A stretch of 64,000 nt of DNA from NCBI RefSeq assembly GCF_006345805.1, contig NC_043008.1:61814001-61878000 (forward strand). Direction: 5' to 3'. The translations under genes and the position numbers were made by a program. This DNA comes from Octopus sinensis (Eukaryota). Within the stretch, counting starts at the first letter, position 1; every line of letters starts with the position of its first letter. The notes under the pieces are model-generated. The model made no database searches. It had not been told where the DNA came from and was given only the letters and a program-made list of their open reading frames with translations. Below, piece after piece: positions 26,102-40,067 of this stretch.

Positions 26102-26183
26102 TCTAGCGGTCGAGTGCTTACGACAGAAGAAGGGTACAACTAGTCCGAAACCATTCGGTTTTGACATCTCGTCGTCTGCTAGA
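26102..26183 (+). ncRNA. Type I hammerhead with one core substitution (U4A)
   Basis: Reads CGA-CAGAAGA-A-GGG...UCC-GAAA-CC AUUC GG-UU-UUG, within an extended stem I (UCUAGC/GCUAGA, CGAG/CUCG). Only CUGAAGA to CAGAAGA deviates from the consensus core. Confidence 0.6.
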
Positions 26184-26322
26184 GGATGGTAGGGGTCCGC
26201 TTCCCTGCTTGAAATTTATACAGGGTGCAAGTTGCACCAGTAACCAGCTGGCAGAGGATATGCACCGGGGGTTAAAACGGTAGTTGCATCAGATAGCCAT
26301 ATTGTTGTGCCGATAAATATTA

Positions 26323-26364
<42 letters not shown>

Positions 26365-26365
<1 letters not shown>

Positions 26366-26750
26366 GGCTGTATGATAAGTAGCTTGCAAACCAGCCACAT
26401 GGTTACGGGTTCAGTTCCACTGCGTGGTACCGTGGGCAAGTGTCTTCTACTATAGCCTCGGGCCGACCAAAGCCTTGTGAGTGGATTTGGTAGACGGAAA
26501 CTGAAAGAAGCCCGTCGTATATATGTATATATATGTATGTGTATGTATAGTTTTGTGTGTCTGTGTTTGTCCCACCAACATCAATTGACAACTGAAAGTG
26601 GTGTGTAACTTAGCGGTTCAGCAAAAGAGACTGATAGAATAAGTACTTGGCTTACAATGAATAAGTCCTGGGGTCGATTTACCCGACTAGAAGGCGGTGC
26701 TCCAGCATGTCCTCAGTCAAATGACTGAAATAAGTAAAAGAGTAAAAGAG
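26365..26750 (+). mobile_element. SINE family A, 5' slightly truncated
   Basis: Matches the other family A copies and ends agtaaaagagtaaaagag. Confidence 0.9.
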
Positions 26751-27133
26751 TATATATATATAAATATATATGTATTTATGTATATATGTGTGTGTGTGTC
26801 TCTGTATGTATGTATATTTAAATATCTATATCACATGATTTGTTTCTAGTTTCCCTAATTCTTCCACAAAAATCACTCCTCATTAAAACTATCACAACGC
26901 CAGAGCAGATTTTGAGGCACCAATCAATGTTACCACCTGCAATAATATAATAGCAGATTATCTTCCACATTCTAAGCCACGAAGTTAATCACTAATTGCT
27001 CAGTTTCTCTGGAATTATAACCTATTCTTCCTGTGTTATGCATTTATTACTCATCAAAGACCGTTGCAATGCAGTTTTATTGTCCGCTAAATGGAATTGC
27101 TGTATGAGCTCGGGCTATTTTGCGTGAGTGCTG

Positions 27134-28004
27134 CATCATAATCATCAACATTATCGTCATAGTCATCATCATCATCATCATCATCATCAACATTGACATT
27201 ATCATCATCATCATCATCATCAACACAACCTCAACCACCACCATCACCACCACCACCACCACCACAATGACCATCATCGTGATCATCATCGTCATCAACA
27301 TCATCGGCGTCGTCGATGTCATCATCATCACCACCACTACCAACATTATAACCACATCTTCATCATCATCGTCGTCATCATCGTCACCATCATCGTCATC
27401 ATCATCGTCATCATCATCATCATCATCTTCATCATCATCATCGTCATCATCATCATCGTCATCGTCATCTTCATCATCATCATCTTCATCATTGTCATCA
27501 TCACCATCATCATCAATATCTTCATCATTGTCATCATCATCATCATCTTCATCATCTTCATCATCATTATCACCATCTGCATCATCATCATCATCATCAT
27601 CATCATAATCATCATCATCATCATCTTCATCATTGTCATCATCACCATCATCATCATCATCTTCATCATCATCAGCATCATCATCATCTTCATCATCATC
27701 TTCATCATCATCATAATCATCATCTTCCTCATCATCATCATCATCATAATAATAATAATCATCATTATCATCATCAGCATCATCATCATCATCATCACCG
27801 TCATCGTCAGTATCTTCATCATAATCATTATCTTCCTCATCATCATAATCATCATAATAATAATAATCATTATCATCATCTTCATCATCATCATCATCAT
27901 CATCATCATCTTCATCATCGTCAGTATCATCATCATCATCATCATCTTCATCATCATCATCTTCATCATCTTCATCATCATCATCATCATCATCACTGTC
28001 ATCT

Positions 28005-28035
<31 letters not shown>

Positions 28036-28065
28036 CCTCCTCATCATCATCATCACCACCACCAC
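27134..28065. repeat. About 930-bp degenerate (ATC)n trinucleotide satellite
   Basis: Visible directly; it explains the poly-S, poly-M and poly-I ORFs. Confidence 0.95.
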
Positions 28066-28384
28066 AGTAGTAGCAGCGGTATTATCGTCAATTTAATCAC
28101 CCTAGTCGACCTAATATCTATCCTCATCTCCATTTCCTATACCTGCTTCCTTATCCTCTTCCTCCTAATTCACATATACGCTATAATCTACATTTGGATA
28201 ATTTTCTTGATCCTCATTATGTTAATCATCACCACCTCTGATGTATCGCTTCTTCATCCTTCTTCTCTTCTCTTCCTCCTCATCTTTATCTTTATCTTTA
28301 TCTTTATCCTCATTATATTATCTCCAGTATATTAATATAATCATCGATGAATCTAGAATCTTAATTCGTTAATATCTTCGTAGA

Positions 28385-28900
28385 CATCATCATCGTATTG
28401 ACCATCATCCTTAGACTCAAGCTTCTCCTTTCCCTCCTCCGCTTCATCCTCATCCTCATGCTCATCCTCATCATCCTCATCATCATCATCAGCCTCATCA
28501 TCATCATCGGCAGCATCAGCATCTTCATCATCATCATCGTCATCATCATCATCATTATCATCATCATCATCATCATCCTCCTCCTCCTCCTCATCATCAT
28601 CATCCTCATTATCCTCATCATCCTCATCATCAGCAGCAGCATCTTCCTCGTCATCATCGTCAACATCATCATCATCATCATCACCATCATTATCATTATC
28701 ATCATCATCAACATCATCATTATCCTCCTCCTCATCATCATCACCATCATCATCATCATTATTGCGTTCGTTATTATGATCATCGTCATTATAACAGTTA
28801 CTGTCATCATAATCCCCACTGCTAAAACCCTCGTCATGATCAACACTGTCATCCTTACAAACTAAATAATCACCGCCGTTATCATCATTCAAATCATCGC
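28385..28900. repeat. Degenerate (ATC)/(CTC)n low-complexity tract
   Basis: Visible directly; one minus-strand frame reads poly-D/E. Confidence 0.9.
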
Positions 28901-29496
28901 CATTATCCTCAGAAGAAGTATTACTCTTACCAGTTACTTACACCATCAAAATTCTCCAACCCAAGGCTCTGGCTATCTGCGTCAGCGATTAAAAATGCAA
29001 ATACATTGTCATTAATCCATAAGGATTACAATACAATAGCGCCCCACCACCTCAATCACTTTCTTATTCTTTCTCTTTACGTTCATCTCTCTCTCTCTCT
29101 CTCTTTCTCTCAGTTCCTCAATTTCTTTCTTCCTTGTATTCACCATCGTGGTTCTGTGTCATTTCATCTTCGAATACGAACGTTTTCAGGTGTAATCTAT
29201 GCTATTGTTTTTTATTTGTTTTATTGGGTAACAACACCACAGATTTACTATTTCGACGATTTCACACCATAACTTTATGATCCATCCAAACTGTAAAAGA
29301 ACTCAACGGCCAAATATTGAAATCAACATTCTACAGTTTACACAATATCTTTTCTATTCTGTGTAAGTCCGACTTCTCCCTTTGTAAACATATATACATT
29401 ATTTTTGTATTCCATGTACTTAATATACTTTATATATTGACGTGTGTCACTTGCTTATCCCTACATTTACTTGTAAACAGATATGTTTATAAATAT

Positions 29497-29702
29497 AAGC
29501 AAAGTAACTAGTTAGAAAAATCTTAATAAGAGATGAAATTAGTAATTATACTTTGAAGTAATATTTATCGCAACATCAATATGGCTGTTCGAAATTTCTA
29601 CTATTTTAACCCCCGCTATATTGATGTGACGATAAATATTACTTCTTAGTATGGTTACAGCTTCATCTCTTATTGAGATTTTTCTAACTAGCTACTTTGC
29701 TT
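29497..29702. repeat. Second copy of the 206-bp palindrome
   Basis: Same length and consensus as 25827-26032, with shared flanks (aaatat on the left; gtga(c/t)tgatgg on the right). Confidence 0.95.
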
Positions 29703-30007
29703 CTCACAAAATCAGTGATTGATGGGGGGTTTTTTTTCCTACAGTTTATCCAAAGGTAATAAGTTGTAATTTGTATCCCGAGCTATATTTTGATAAAATA
29801 GTCTGATGTAAAATTACTTGAAAGAAAACAAAAACGAAAAGACGGGTTCATTTCAGCTGGTATAGTTTTGACCTTCGATTTACTCAATCTATACCAGTTG
29901 TTCCCATGTGAGGTCCATATGGCCGTTGGGGGTCCACTCAAGATTTACGGAATAAACTGCTTATGTTTCTGCATTACACAAAATATTTAATCATCATTTT
30001 TTAATGC

Positions 30008-30407
30008 AATTTTGGCATTGAAAGTTACCCCATCAGCAGAACGGGGCGCCACTGATGGTGCCAAAGATCATAACATCACATTTCAAAATGCAGGACCATA
30101 TACTGAAACAGCTTGGGTTTCAGGGGACAGCTCTTCAATATCCTTCCTAAATGCCTGAGAGACCTGCATAATGTGAATGTGGGTTTCTTTAAAACTAAAC
30201 TGGATCTCTTCTTGTCAGGGATTCCAGATGAACCTACCTCTCGGCAGGAAACACAGATGCGGGCAGCGGCGTCGATCTCCCTTGTTGACCAAGTGCCACG
30301 TATCAGAGGTGGTTTCACATACTAGTGTAGCTCATTCAACGGTGGTGCCCCAGCATGGCCGCAGCTTTCGGGCTGAAACATATTTAAGGATTTTAGGGAT
30401 TTAAGGA
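30008..30407 (+). mobile_element. CR1-like LINE 3' end (ORF2 C-terminus, 3' UTR, short tandem tail)
   Basis: Reads NSLGFRGQLFNILPKCLRDLHNVNVGFFKTKLDLFLSGIPDEPTSRQETQMRAAASISLVDQ, then a 3' UTR and a ttta(a/g)gga tail. Confidence 0.85.
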
Positions 30408-30801
30408 CAGTTCCTAATACTATTTAGCCATAAATATGTAATAGGAGATTTTGACATCGAATCGACCTGAGGGGCCCCACCTCAGAGTAAAATAGGAATC
30501 AAAGGGGTTCATATGCAAACTGGTTATGAGCCACTAGTCTAGACCGATATGGGTTAATCAACAACGACCCGGACGACGACTATAACGAAAACTACCACGA
30601 CAATATGTAGTATGACGTGCGTGTAGTTACATGAATTATATGAATTCTTATTGAATTTCACTGTGCTAACAAATCTTAAAACTGCGTAGTCTTTATATCC
30701 ATTGAACATGTATTTCCAATGAACATTCTATTTAATCTATATTTCATTATGTGTATGCTTTTATGTGCCTTCATAGTTATTGCACATTTGCCTAGAGACA
30801 G

Positions 30802-30884
<83 letters not shown>

Positions 30885-33469
30885 ACTAGCGATTCTATAA
30901 AATGTAAATTAGCACTGACTTTCACAGAATAGCTTGATAAAAATAAATCCAGAAGATACTTCATTATTTATCAGCAGCTGTTGTGAATCTTCCGGGAACA
31001 AAAGTGGTGCAAAATGGAGTCAAGTGCTTGTGTGAAGGAAAATGCTGTATTGTAATGTCCATTTGGATCGTATCTAGAAAAGGGTCATTCCCGTTACTAA
31101 CTTACACTCGTAACCCTCTGATGCACAGATGTATTGTTTCATCACTTTTTCCTGTTGCTTACATAATAGCCACTGCTCCGGTGATCTGGCTGGCGCAGTT
31201 AGGTACATCCATCCCATTTGTCTCTCCACCTCTCGTTACTTTTGTTGCGACCGAATCGCCTTCCTCTGCACTAACCGCTATCTCCAACAAGTCTTCCTCA
31301 GATCATCGGATCTCTGATACTTCTCTCTGTTGTGCAATTTTTGGCTTGTAACAGATTCAAGGAACATTAACAACATCAATCTCAACCAGTTTCGAAGTTG
31401 GGTCTACGAAACTCATGCTCTCTTCCTTTTACTCCTGACTCAGCAAATAAAAAAAATGCCTCGACTAACCCAGTATCATTAACGCTATCACTAAATTTAG
31501 CAGTATAAATCAGACTTCGGCTAACTTTCTGTTGCCATCTTTAACGGTCTTATCAAGCTAACGCCATAGATATGGCTGAATTTATCACAATGCATACGCA
31601 GCGACGGCACAGTAAAATCAACATATTGGTTTTTGATTTGACACGAATAGAATATTTGGTGGTTTGTTCTGTGAAAACCCCTTAGAATGCATTATTAATA
31701 CTAGATAAAGAATCACTGCTTTGAAAACAATTATTTATGCAGAAACAGAAGCTACTCACAGCAAACAGTAAGTAAACGGATCATTAGTTCATTTCATGTT
31801 TGCACATTTTTATCTCGTCCTGACTATAACTCACAAATGTGACTTCTGTCTGTCTTGTCCACAATTACAATAAGCAATAATTTCATATCGGTTTTCTACG
31901 ACTGTTTAGAAAAAGTAGATATTTAGAAAATACTGCAAACCTTTATTCTGGAAATTGAAATTTCAACCATTACAAGCATTAAAAGTGCATAGTGCTTCTT
32001 GTAAAATGGTAGAAACTGCAGTTTGGCGAAAAAAAATAATATCGATGAGAACACCGATTTGCTGATGCGATGCTTCAATAACAAAACAAAAGTAACGTGT
32101 AATATTTATAGCTTCCCAATTGCATCGACATCCACTTGTTACTCTACTATCATCAGTACAGTATAGCACTGACTGATATGCTCAAATATTGTAACCAAAA
32201 ACAACATCGTTCAAAATAGTTATTCTATATAAAAGTTATTTTCAAATCAATTATCTACAATCGTTTCAGAACGAAAGCGAACCTACGTAAATTCAAAAGA
32301 CAAAAAAAATATTTGGTTAAATATAAATTGGAAAATTAATATACAATTTGAATTTTATATCGACGATAAAAATATCTAATAAATCTTATGATACGCAAGA
32401 TGATATATATCATTAGTATGGTGGCATTAAAATATAATGTATACTCTCAAGAGATTTAAACTACAATGTGTCTTTTATCTCATTAAATTTATTTACGTTG
32501 TCCAGCATTGAATTACTGCAAGATGTTTCAATATCCAATTTTGACGTTTTGCAAACGAAGTATGTTATCCTACAATCAGCTTTCTAACGGTTCCATATCC
32601 GTTTTACTTTGGACACTGGAGGACTTTAACAGACTCTTTATTCGAGAGGCTGGCGGTTCAGCTGCGAGTTACTGCAATGAGTTGAAAAAGCAGCTAAATG
32701 AATAAAATACTTGCAGACAATGTAATCAAGTGTATAGATTATATATTATTAGTATTGACCAGGAATCTAATTTACGGAACCAATCCTACACATTTATGAA
32801 TAGAAATAATTTCTTTAATTACTATTTAGTTGTCCTGAAAATTAATAAACTAATTATTTTGTCAAACCTCTATAGAATTACATAATAGCGTCAATCACTT
32901 GGTGTAGTAGAAAGTAATTATTAATTATAATTTACTCTGTAGTTGATTACGATAATAGATAGCTATTCGTTGTATTATCTTTTATATTCAGACAGAAACC
33001 CACACTGCGCCTAACCTATGAATCTAAATCTTTGGGGATATTAAAATCAACAAAAGATACTGAAACAAATGAAGGCGGGGATTAACGTTCTTAACTGTTA
33101 TGTAGTACATATTACTAAAAAATACAGTGTCCAAAGGAATAATAATGTTAAATATGAAATTTTAGAAGACTTTACTATTTACAAATTAAGGGTAATGGAT
33201 CATTAGAATTGTTACAGCGTTGGTAAAATCGTTCGGCATTTGTTGTGGCACTTTGCTTTCTGAGTTTAAGTTTCACCAACTCAGCTTTGTCATTAGATAG
33301 AAGGATGTAATATTCCATTACTCATGTATATAATAGAAACAATCCGCCTCCCCAATAAATCAGCTGACATTGTATCTAAGGTCGATACAGTTAAATAAAG
33401 GCTTAGGATTGCAGAATTTCAGAGTGGTTTGAGACCAGAAAGTCAGTTTTTTCGTTCTCATTATTCAAT

Positions 33470-33680
33470 GCGGCGAGTTGGCAGAAACTTCAGCATGCCG
33501 GACGAAATGATGCTAATCATTTCGTCCGTGCTAATGTTCTGAGTTTAAATTCCGCTAAGGTCGACTTTGCTTTTCATTCTTCTGGGGGTGGATAAAATAA
33601 GTACCAGTTGAATACTGGGGTCGATGCCAACGACTTATCCACTGCCCTAAAATTGCTCGCCTGTGCCAAAATTTGAAATC
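33470..33680 (+). mobile_element. Decayed SINE, family B
   Basis: gcggcgagttggcagaaac...ttccgctaaggtcgactttgc...ctggggtcgat. Confidence 0.8.
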
Positions 33681-33745
33681 ATTACTTCACCTAGGGTTAA
33701 TATATACAGAGTATCAGTATAATGTCGAGGGTCAATGGTATCAAA

Positions 33746-33977
33746 GGCGGCGAGCTGGCAGAAACGTTAGCAAGCCGGGCGAAATGCTTAGCGGTATTTC
33801 GTCTGCGTTACGTTGTGAGTTCAAATTCCGCCGAGGTTGACTTTGCCTTTCATCCTTTCGGTGTCGATAAATTAAGTACCAGTTACACACTGGGGTCGAT
33901 GTAATCGACTTAATACCTATGTCTGTCCTTGTTTGTCCCCTCTGTGTTTAGCCCCTTGTGGGTAATAAAGAAATAGG
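33746..33977 (+). mobile_element. SINE family B, full length
   Basis: Head ggcggcgagctggcagaaacgttagc with B-box-like gagttcaaattcc; near-identical to the copies at 37695 and 46136. Confidence 0.92.
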
Positions 33978-35499
33978 TGTATCAACTGATACACTCCCAT
34001 AAAAATCGCTGTTTTGTTCCTAAATGTTACACAAGTATTATACACAGGTTCAAGGTCATACTGTAATATACCGTAGCGTATGTAAATGTCTATAATATAT
34101 GTTTTGAAATCAAATGCATTCCATACCGTCTTAGCATTCTTCTTGTGTCAATAATTTAAAACCTGGAATGTATTGAAGTTGATTCACAAATCTAAATCCT
34201 TATTCAATCAATATGTGACTCGGTGCCAATGTGAGAAATCGATATGAATAACAGACTGGGCTAAAAGTCACCGAGTTTATAATATCGATTTTCTTCTTGA
34301 AGAATAAAATTTTCAACAATTTGGCACATTTTTCAGTGGAATATATATTTTCCCTTAAAATCTCCAATAGCTTATTTATCTATGAATATCCATAGAATTG
34401 CATCACTGATTGCATTAAGGAATTCTATTGGAATAGTTCTCGGTGCGACCAACAGTAAGGCAGAACGTTGTTTAATGAAAAGAATAAATTTTATTCTAAA
34501 TGATCGATGTATAGAAATATATAACTAAACATATCCAATTGGAAAAAAAAACTACATATTAAATTTTACATTTCGCGCCTGTACGTAATATGTACGTGAA
34601 TACGTATGTATGTGATTGTGTTTTTGTTTGTATGTATGTGTATCATGTATATAAGTACCTATACATACAATCGTTTCTCGGCGGCAGTGTAGTAGTTATT
34701 AATTTCGGAAGTCATACGGAAGAGAGAAGTTCAATTACCCGCGAAAGAGATTAGGAATATCTTCCTAAGCAGTCACAGTTGTAGCTATACCCTACCATGA
34801 TAAAAAATCCTAAGGTCTTTTAAACATGTAAATGAAAATATCTATCTATATCTATCCATATATCTATCTATTTCGCTCTCTCTTTCTCTTTCTCTCTCTC
34901 CCTCTGTCTGTCTCTCTCTCTCTGTTGCTCCCCCTCTTTCTGGAAATATACAAAATTTTGATTGATATTTTATATATTTCACATAATAAAAATTGTCTCT
35001 CATTCCTTTCCACTAATCTGCTACATTTCCACGTGCCTTTTGTTCTCTAACATAATCTCCATCTCCTTCATATCATCTTTCTGTCGTTTTTCCTTCTATA
35101 TATATAAATATAAATGCATATACATGTATGTAAGTATGTGTATAGGAATATTCACATACCAACTCGTGCACGCCAACATATCTTTTTGTATCATATACTT
35201 GTGTTTGTTTCTGTGTATATCTATTTGTCCTATTTGTCTAAGACCAACATATCTTACCTTTTCACTGACTCACAAGCTCCCAGTAAACATTCTCTATATT
35301 CTATTAACGTATGTCTCATCTTACTTCTCCCTCTCTCTCTCCTCTGCTTCCAGTAACATTATATGTGTACGTGTGACTGTATGTACGCACACATATGTAT
35401 GAATATATATGTATATATATATGTTCATATATATTGATATATACATACATATGCACACATCTCTCTCTTTCTCTCCCTCTCTGTCTGTCTGTCTGTCTC

Positions 35500-35830
<331 letters not shown>

Positions 35831-37694
35831 TATGCGTGTACATATATAAACACATACATTTTTGTGTGTGCGAATCTGTCATCGTTTTTCACTATCTTTG
35901 TATTTAGTCATTTTCTAAAATGTCAGTTTTTTTTCTTTTTCACATCTTTCAAATCTTGTATTTTCTTACTCAAATCTGTTGTTTTGCAATTGAGAACCCA
36001 AGAGATTTTCACGAAAGAACAAATATCTCTTTAGTCTAAAGCGCTATATTTATTGTAAAATTTGCAGTAATTCATCTGGGTGCTGGAAACTTTGAAAATA
36101 TTTACCAGACGATGCAATTGTTCGCTTTATTTTGTCTCGAAGCAGTCATTTCAATTCCCCAGTCTGTCCTCGTAATACCATATTAAAATACAGTTTTTCA
36201 AATAACGTTTATATAGCAATCTCTTATTATTACTATACTCCGGTTGTTTCTAAGCACAAACCTGATGTAGGGCTGCGTATTTCAGGTATTTTCAAAAGAT
36301 TTTCCATTTGAGTTCTCTTTATTCTATTTGGCGATTTATGTATATTTGCATTATCTGTAGAACATGGTTGTTGATTTAGATATTTGATTGTTTGAGATTT
36401 AGTCTGTGCAGGGGTTTATACATTTTGTATGGGCATATTTGTCTAGAATTCTATGTTACTGTGTCTGACTTTTTTCTATCGCAACCGCTGTATATTTTAA
36501 GTATTGCTCATGTTTACACATGTGTGTGGGTCTACTGCTCTGCTTCTATCACTGTCCAATTGGGTGTGTGTGATTTTGTGTCTGACATTTTAGCCGTTAT
36601 TTTCCAAGACAGCAAAATTTGACTTCTTTTAAAGCATAATTGAAATGCCAGGGCTTTTGGAAGTGTATACTGATCGTACAATATTTTGATCTAATGATTA
36701 ATTAATTACTGGAAGTACTAATGGTAGCCTTTTCTTGGCTTATGTATGTTACACGTTTTAAAAGCATTAATGCATATTATTTAATTTTTAATGTAAACGA
36801 CTTAGCTCGATGATGCTGTCTCATTTCTCTTTTTTTATGCCTAACTTCACTTCTTACAATGTGTTTACGTTCTATGTTGTGTTTCTGTGTAGCAAAGCTT
36901 GGTCCTCCATCACATATCACTACTTCTATAAGGCACGGGTGATCGAATGGATGTTTAGTTCTGTTCGTTCATGAGTGTATATCACCTGTATTAACATTGT
37001 TTTTATGCTATAATATCATTTATGTTTAGCAAATAGTTTAAACACATTTTACATAATTCTTTTTAAATATATTTCTATAGCAAAAGACGAGTGTAGCACC
37101 GTAGAAAATCTATGCTTTTAACCTTCTAGTAACTAAAGCCGTATTGTTGGAAGAGGTGTTTGCTCGCCGAGCGTCATACGATTCACATATCAACGCTACT
37201 GATGACATTTTTCTTTCATAGGATAGAACAGACAAGAGAAAACCACTACATTACCAAGGAAAGTTCTTAAGCGTATTGCTAATGTTCCATTGTTGCATTG
37301 TGCAATGGTTCCAACTTCAATATCTAGAGCTAGAAAGTGTGGAATAGCTTAGGATTCAAAGGTCTAAAGGTTTTCAGTATATTGTCTGAAATAATGGCAG
37401 AACTCCATGGAGTATTTGCAAAAGTAGTAAAGAAGTAACTGGAATTTTAAGGTTTAATATCCAAAGTGAGTCTACATCACACTAAGAGACACAATTAAGA
37501 AGAAAAATATCTAATGAAGGTGTAAAGAAAACACACATGTTTCTAATATTTGAAGCCGTTTACGGAGATTGTGGCAGGGCCAGATATAACACTAACATTT
37601 CTGACTGCTTCAGAATATAACCTGAATTAGGTGCACGAAAACAAAAGTTTAACTTATGAATATTTTAAGAAGGTATCTTAAACGCGAAGAAGAA

Positions 37695-37927
37695 GGCGGT
37701 GAGCTGGCAGAAGCGTTAGCACGCCGGGCGAAATGCTTAGCGGTATTTTGTCTGCCGTTACGTTGTGAGTTCAAATTCCGCCGAGGTCGACTTTACCTTT
37801 CATCCTTTCGGGGTCGATAAATTAAGTACCAGTTACGCACTGGGGTCGATATAATCGACTTGATACCTATGTCTGTCTTTGTTTGTCCCCTCTATGTTTA
37901 GCCCCTCGTGGGTAATAAAGAAATTGG
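37695..37927 (+). mobile_element. SINE family B, full length
   Basis: Near-identical to 33746-33977. Confidence 0.92.
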
Positions 37928-38342
37928 TATCTTGAACGCGAAAATGACTGTGTTCAGCGATTCCATCTGAATTAGGATGGAGTGTATTGTTAGCTTAATC
38001 TCTTATATCCCACCTAGAAGATGGCAGACTGAGAAGTAATAATATAATGATTCAAGAATTTGAGAGGTAACGCAAATATGTTTCACCATAGGTATAGCGG
38101 GCATATACGAGAGCCCATAATAGGCTACAGTTATCACTTGTTGATGGAAGAAGTTAAGATTTTACCCCATTTGATGTGGTGTTTGAATGGACAATGGATA
38201 TTGAGAAAAGTGCATAGCTAACAGTGTGGGCCAAAACGTCATTGATATTTCTTGATACTCTCATTGCAGCCTGGTCTTTGTACATATGCCACCATCCACT
38301 CTGAATTATTTCTCATATTTCATTTTGTAAAATTAAAATTTA

Positions 38343-38408
<66 letters not shown>

Positions 38409-39310
38409 TGTGTCTGTCCGCGCGCACTTGTATAACGAAATGTTACCACTAGGCAGTGTTTAGGCATAAGCAAAATTTAGGTTAGTTAAAATATGTTTGT
38501 GATACATTTCAACTTCTAAAAGGCAAATACACTGCAGTCAGTATAAAGAAAATATCTCTCTTATGGTAAAAGTTGTGAAAACTCCTGGTTTGTTGAGTGT
38601 CATTATCTATCAGGTGAATTTGTTACGAACATATTTTAACAAGCCTCATCTTTGCTTTATGTCAAAAACATTGCATGGCATTAACATTTCGGTATTTTTC
38701 TCGATCGAGCGATCTACTATTGCAAATCAGTCAAAATGTTGACTGAAGTTTCATAAAACTATTGCCTTATAAGTTTTTTGTTCAGAGTTGTCTTTCTTAT
38801 GTACATCCCATTTAACAAACGTCAATAAACTAGAAACAGGTAACTGCAATTTATTTGCCTTTTAGCAGTTGAATTATGTCACAAACATATTTTTAACTAA
38901 CCTAAATATTGCTAATACATACATAATATATCATGGCACTCCCGCATTCTTCTTCTTCTTCTTCTCCACCTCCTCCTCGCCTTCTTCTTCGTCTTCTTCT
39001 TCTCCTTCTCCTCCTCCCCTTCTTATTCTTCTTCTTCTTCTTCTTCTTCTGCTTCTCCTTCTACCCTACCTAGAATTCCCAATGATCTCGAACTCACAAG
39101 AGTAAACAAGAGAGACAGATACAAGGAAAATGCCACTTATATTTGAACACTCTTGGAATATTATTTTACAAAACTTTTCTTTTAATTTTTTCCAAAATTA
39201 AATTGTTTTCCATACTTACAGTTGAAAAAGTCTCAATGACTGAAACCGGTACTGAGATGTATTTTTATAAAATGATTTCAGCATTTTCTACGTCGACTTT
39301 TTTTCCACTC

Positions 39311-39356
<46 letters not shown>

Positions 39357-39545
39357 CATACACACACACACACACCACATATATATATATATATATATAT
39401 TATATATAGAGGGCATATACATACATGCCAGAAGGCATTATACATACATGCCACACGCTAAGAGGGACAATTAGTCATTTCTACCAAAAATATTACTAAT
39501 CCCACCGAATGCAAATTTTCAAAGTAAGACATTTAAAAAATATAG

Positions 39546-39589
39546 ACCTGTATCACAGTGATTTCATTCTTACGTATTCATCAGCAGGC
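39546..39589 (-). ncRNA. Minimal type I hammerhead ribozyme with intact core
   Basis: Reads GCCUG-CUGAUGA-AUAC GUAA GAAU-GAAA-UCAC U GUGA-UA-CAGGU. Stem I is CCUG/CAGG, stem II has a GUAA (GNRA) loop, stem III is near-palindromic, and AUA cleavage falls between 39551 and 39550. Confidence 0.85.
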
Positions 39590-40023
39590 ATGAATGTATT
39601 ATAAATAAACAACGACCCTGCCCCGCTTAAGCCGATCAGCTAACTGATCAACATCAACGAAGCACATGGGTGAGTTTACATATATTACATCCGGATAAAT
39701 GGCAAACTTTTACGAATTGCATTTCGGGAGAGGAAAAGTTTTTTCGGAATAAAAATTTAGCAATAAGGACAACTACTAATAAGGAAAACTTAACAAGAAA
39801 TTGTCAGGTAGATAGCGTGAAAACCTCATAAGAGAAAAAATTTCGAAAATAATTATTTCTTATTGAACATATTAATTTATATATAGAGGGCATTATACAT
39901 ACATGCCAGAAGGCATTATACATACATGCCACACGCTAAGAGGGACAATTAGTCATTTCTACCAAAAATATTACTAATCCCACCGAATGCAATTTTTCAA
40001 AGTAAGACATTTAAAAAATATAG

Positions 40024-40067
40024 ACCTGTATCACAGTGATTCATACTTACGTATTCATCAGCAGGCC
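40024..40067 (-). ncRNA. Minimal type I hammerhead, second copy, one core A missing
   Basis: Reads GGCCUG-CUGAUGA-AUAC GUAA GUAU-GAA-UCACUGUGA-UA-CAGGUC. Stem II is perfect and stem I is 6 bp, but the core has GAA instead of GAAA. Confidence 0.75.

Noticed and set aside
30961-31440. GC-elevated stretch with a 122-aa plus ORF and a protein-like minus frame containing 4-5 stops
   Set aside because: It may be a decayed TE ORF, but I cannot assign a family and the stop depletion is not clearly beyond chance. A tblastx or HMM search would decide.
32100-32165. CUGAUGA-UAGUAGAGUAA on the minus strand, resembling the start of the 52386 hammerhead
   Set aside because: No stem II partner, GAAA or stem III follows.
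36929-36950. TAAGGCACGGGTGA, resembling miR-124
   Set aside because: It diverges after position 9 and would straddle the loop of a weak hairpin rather than lie on an arm.
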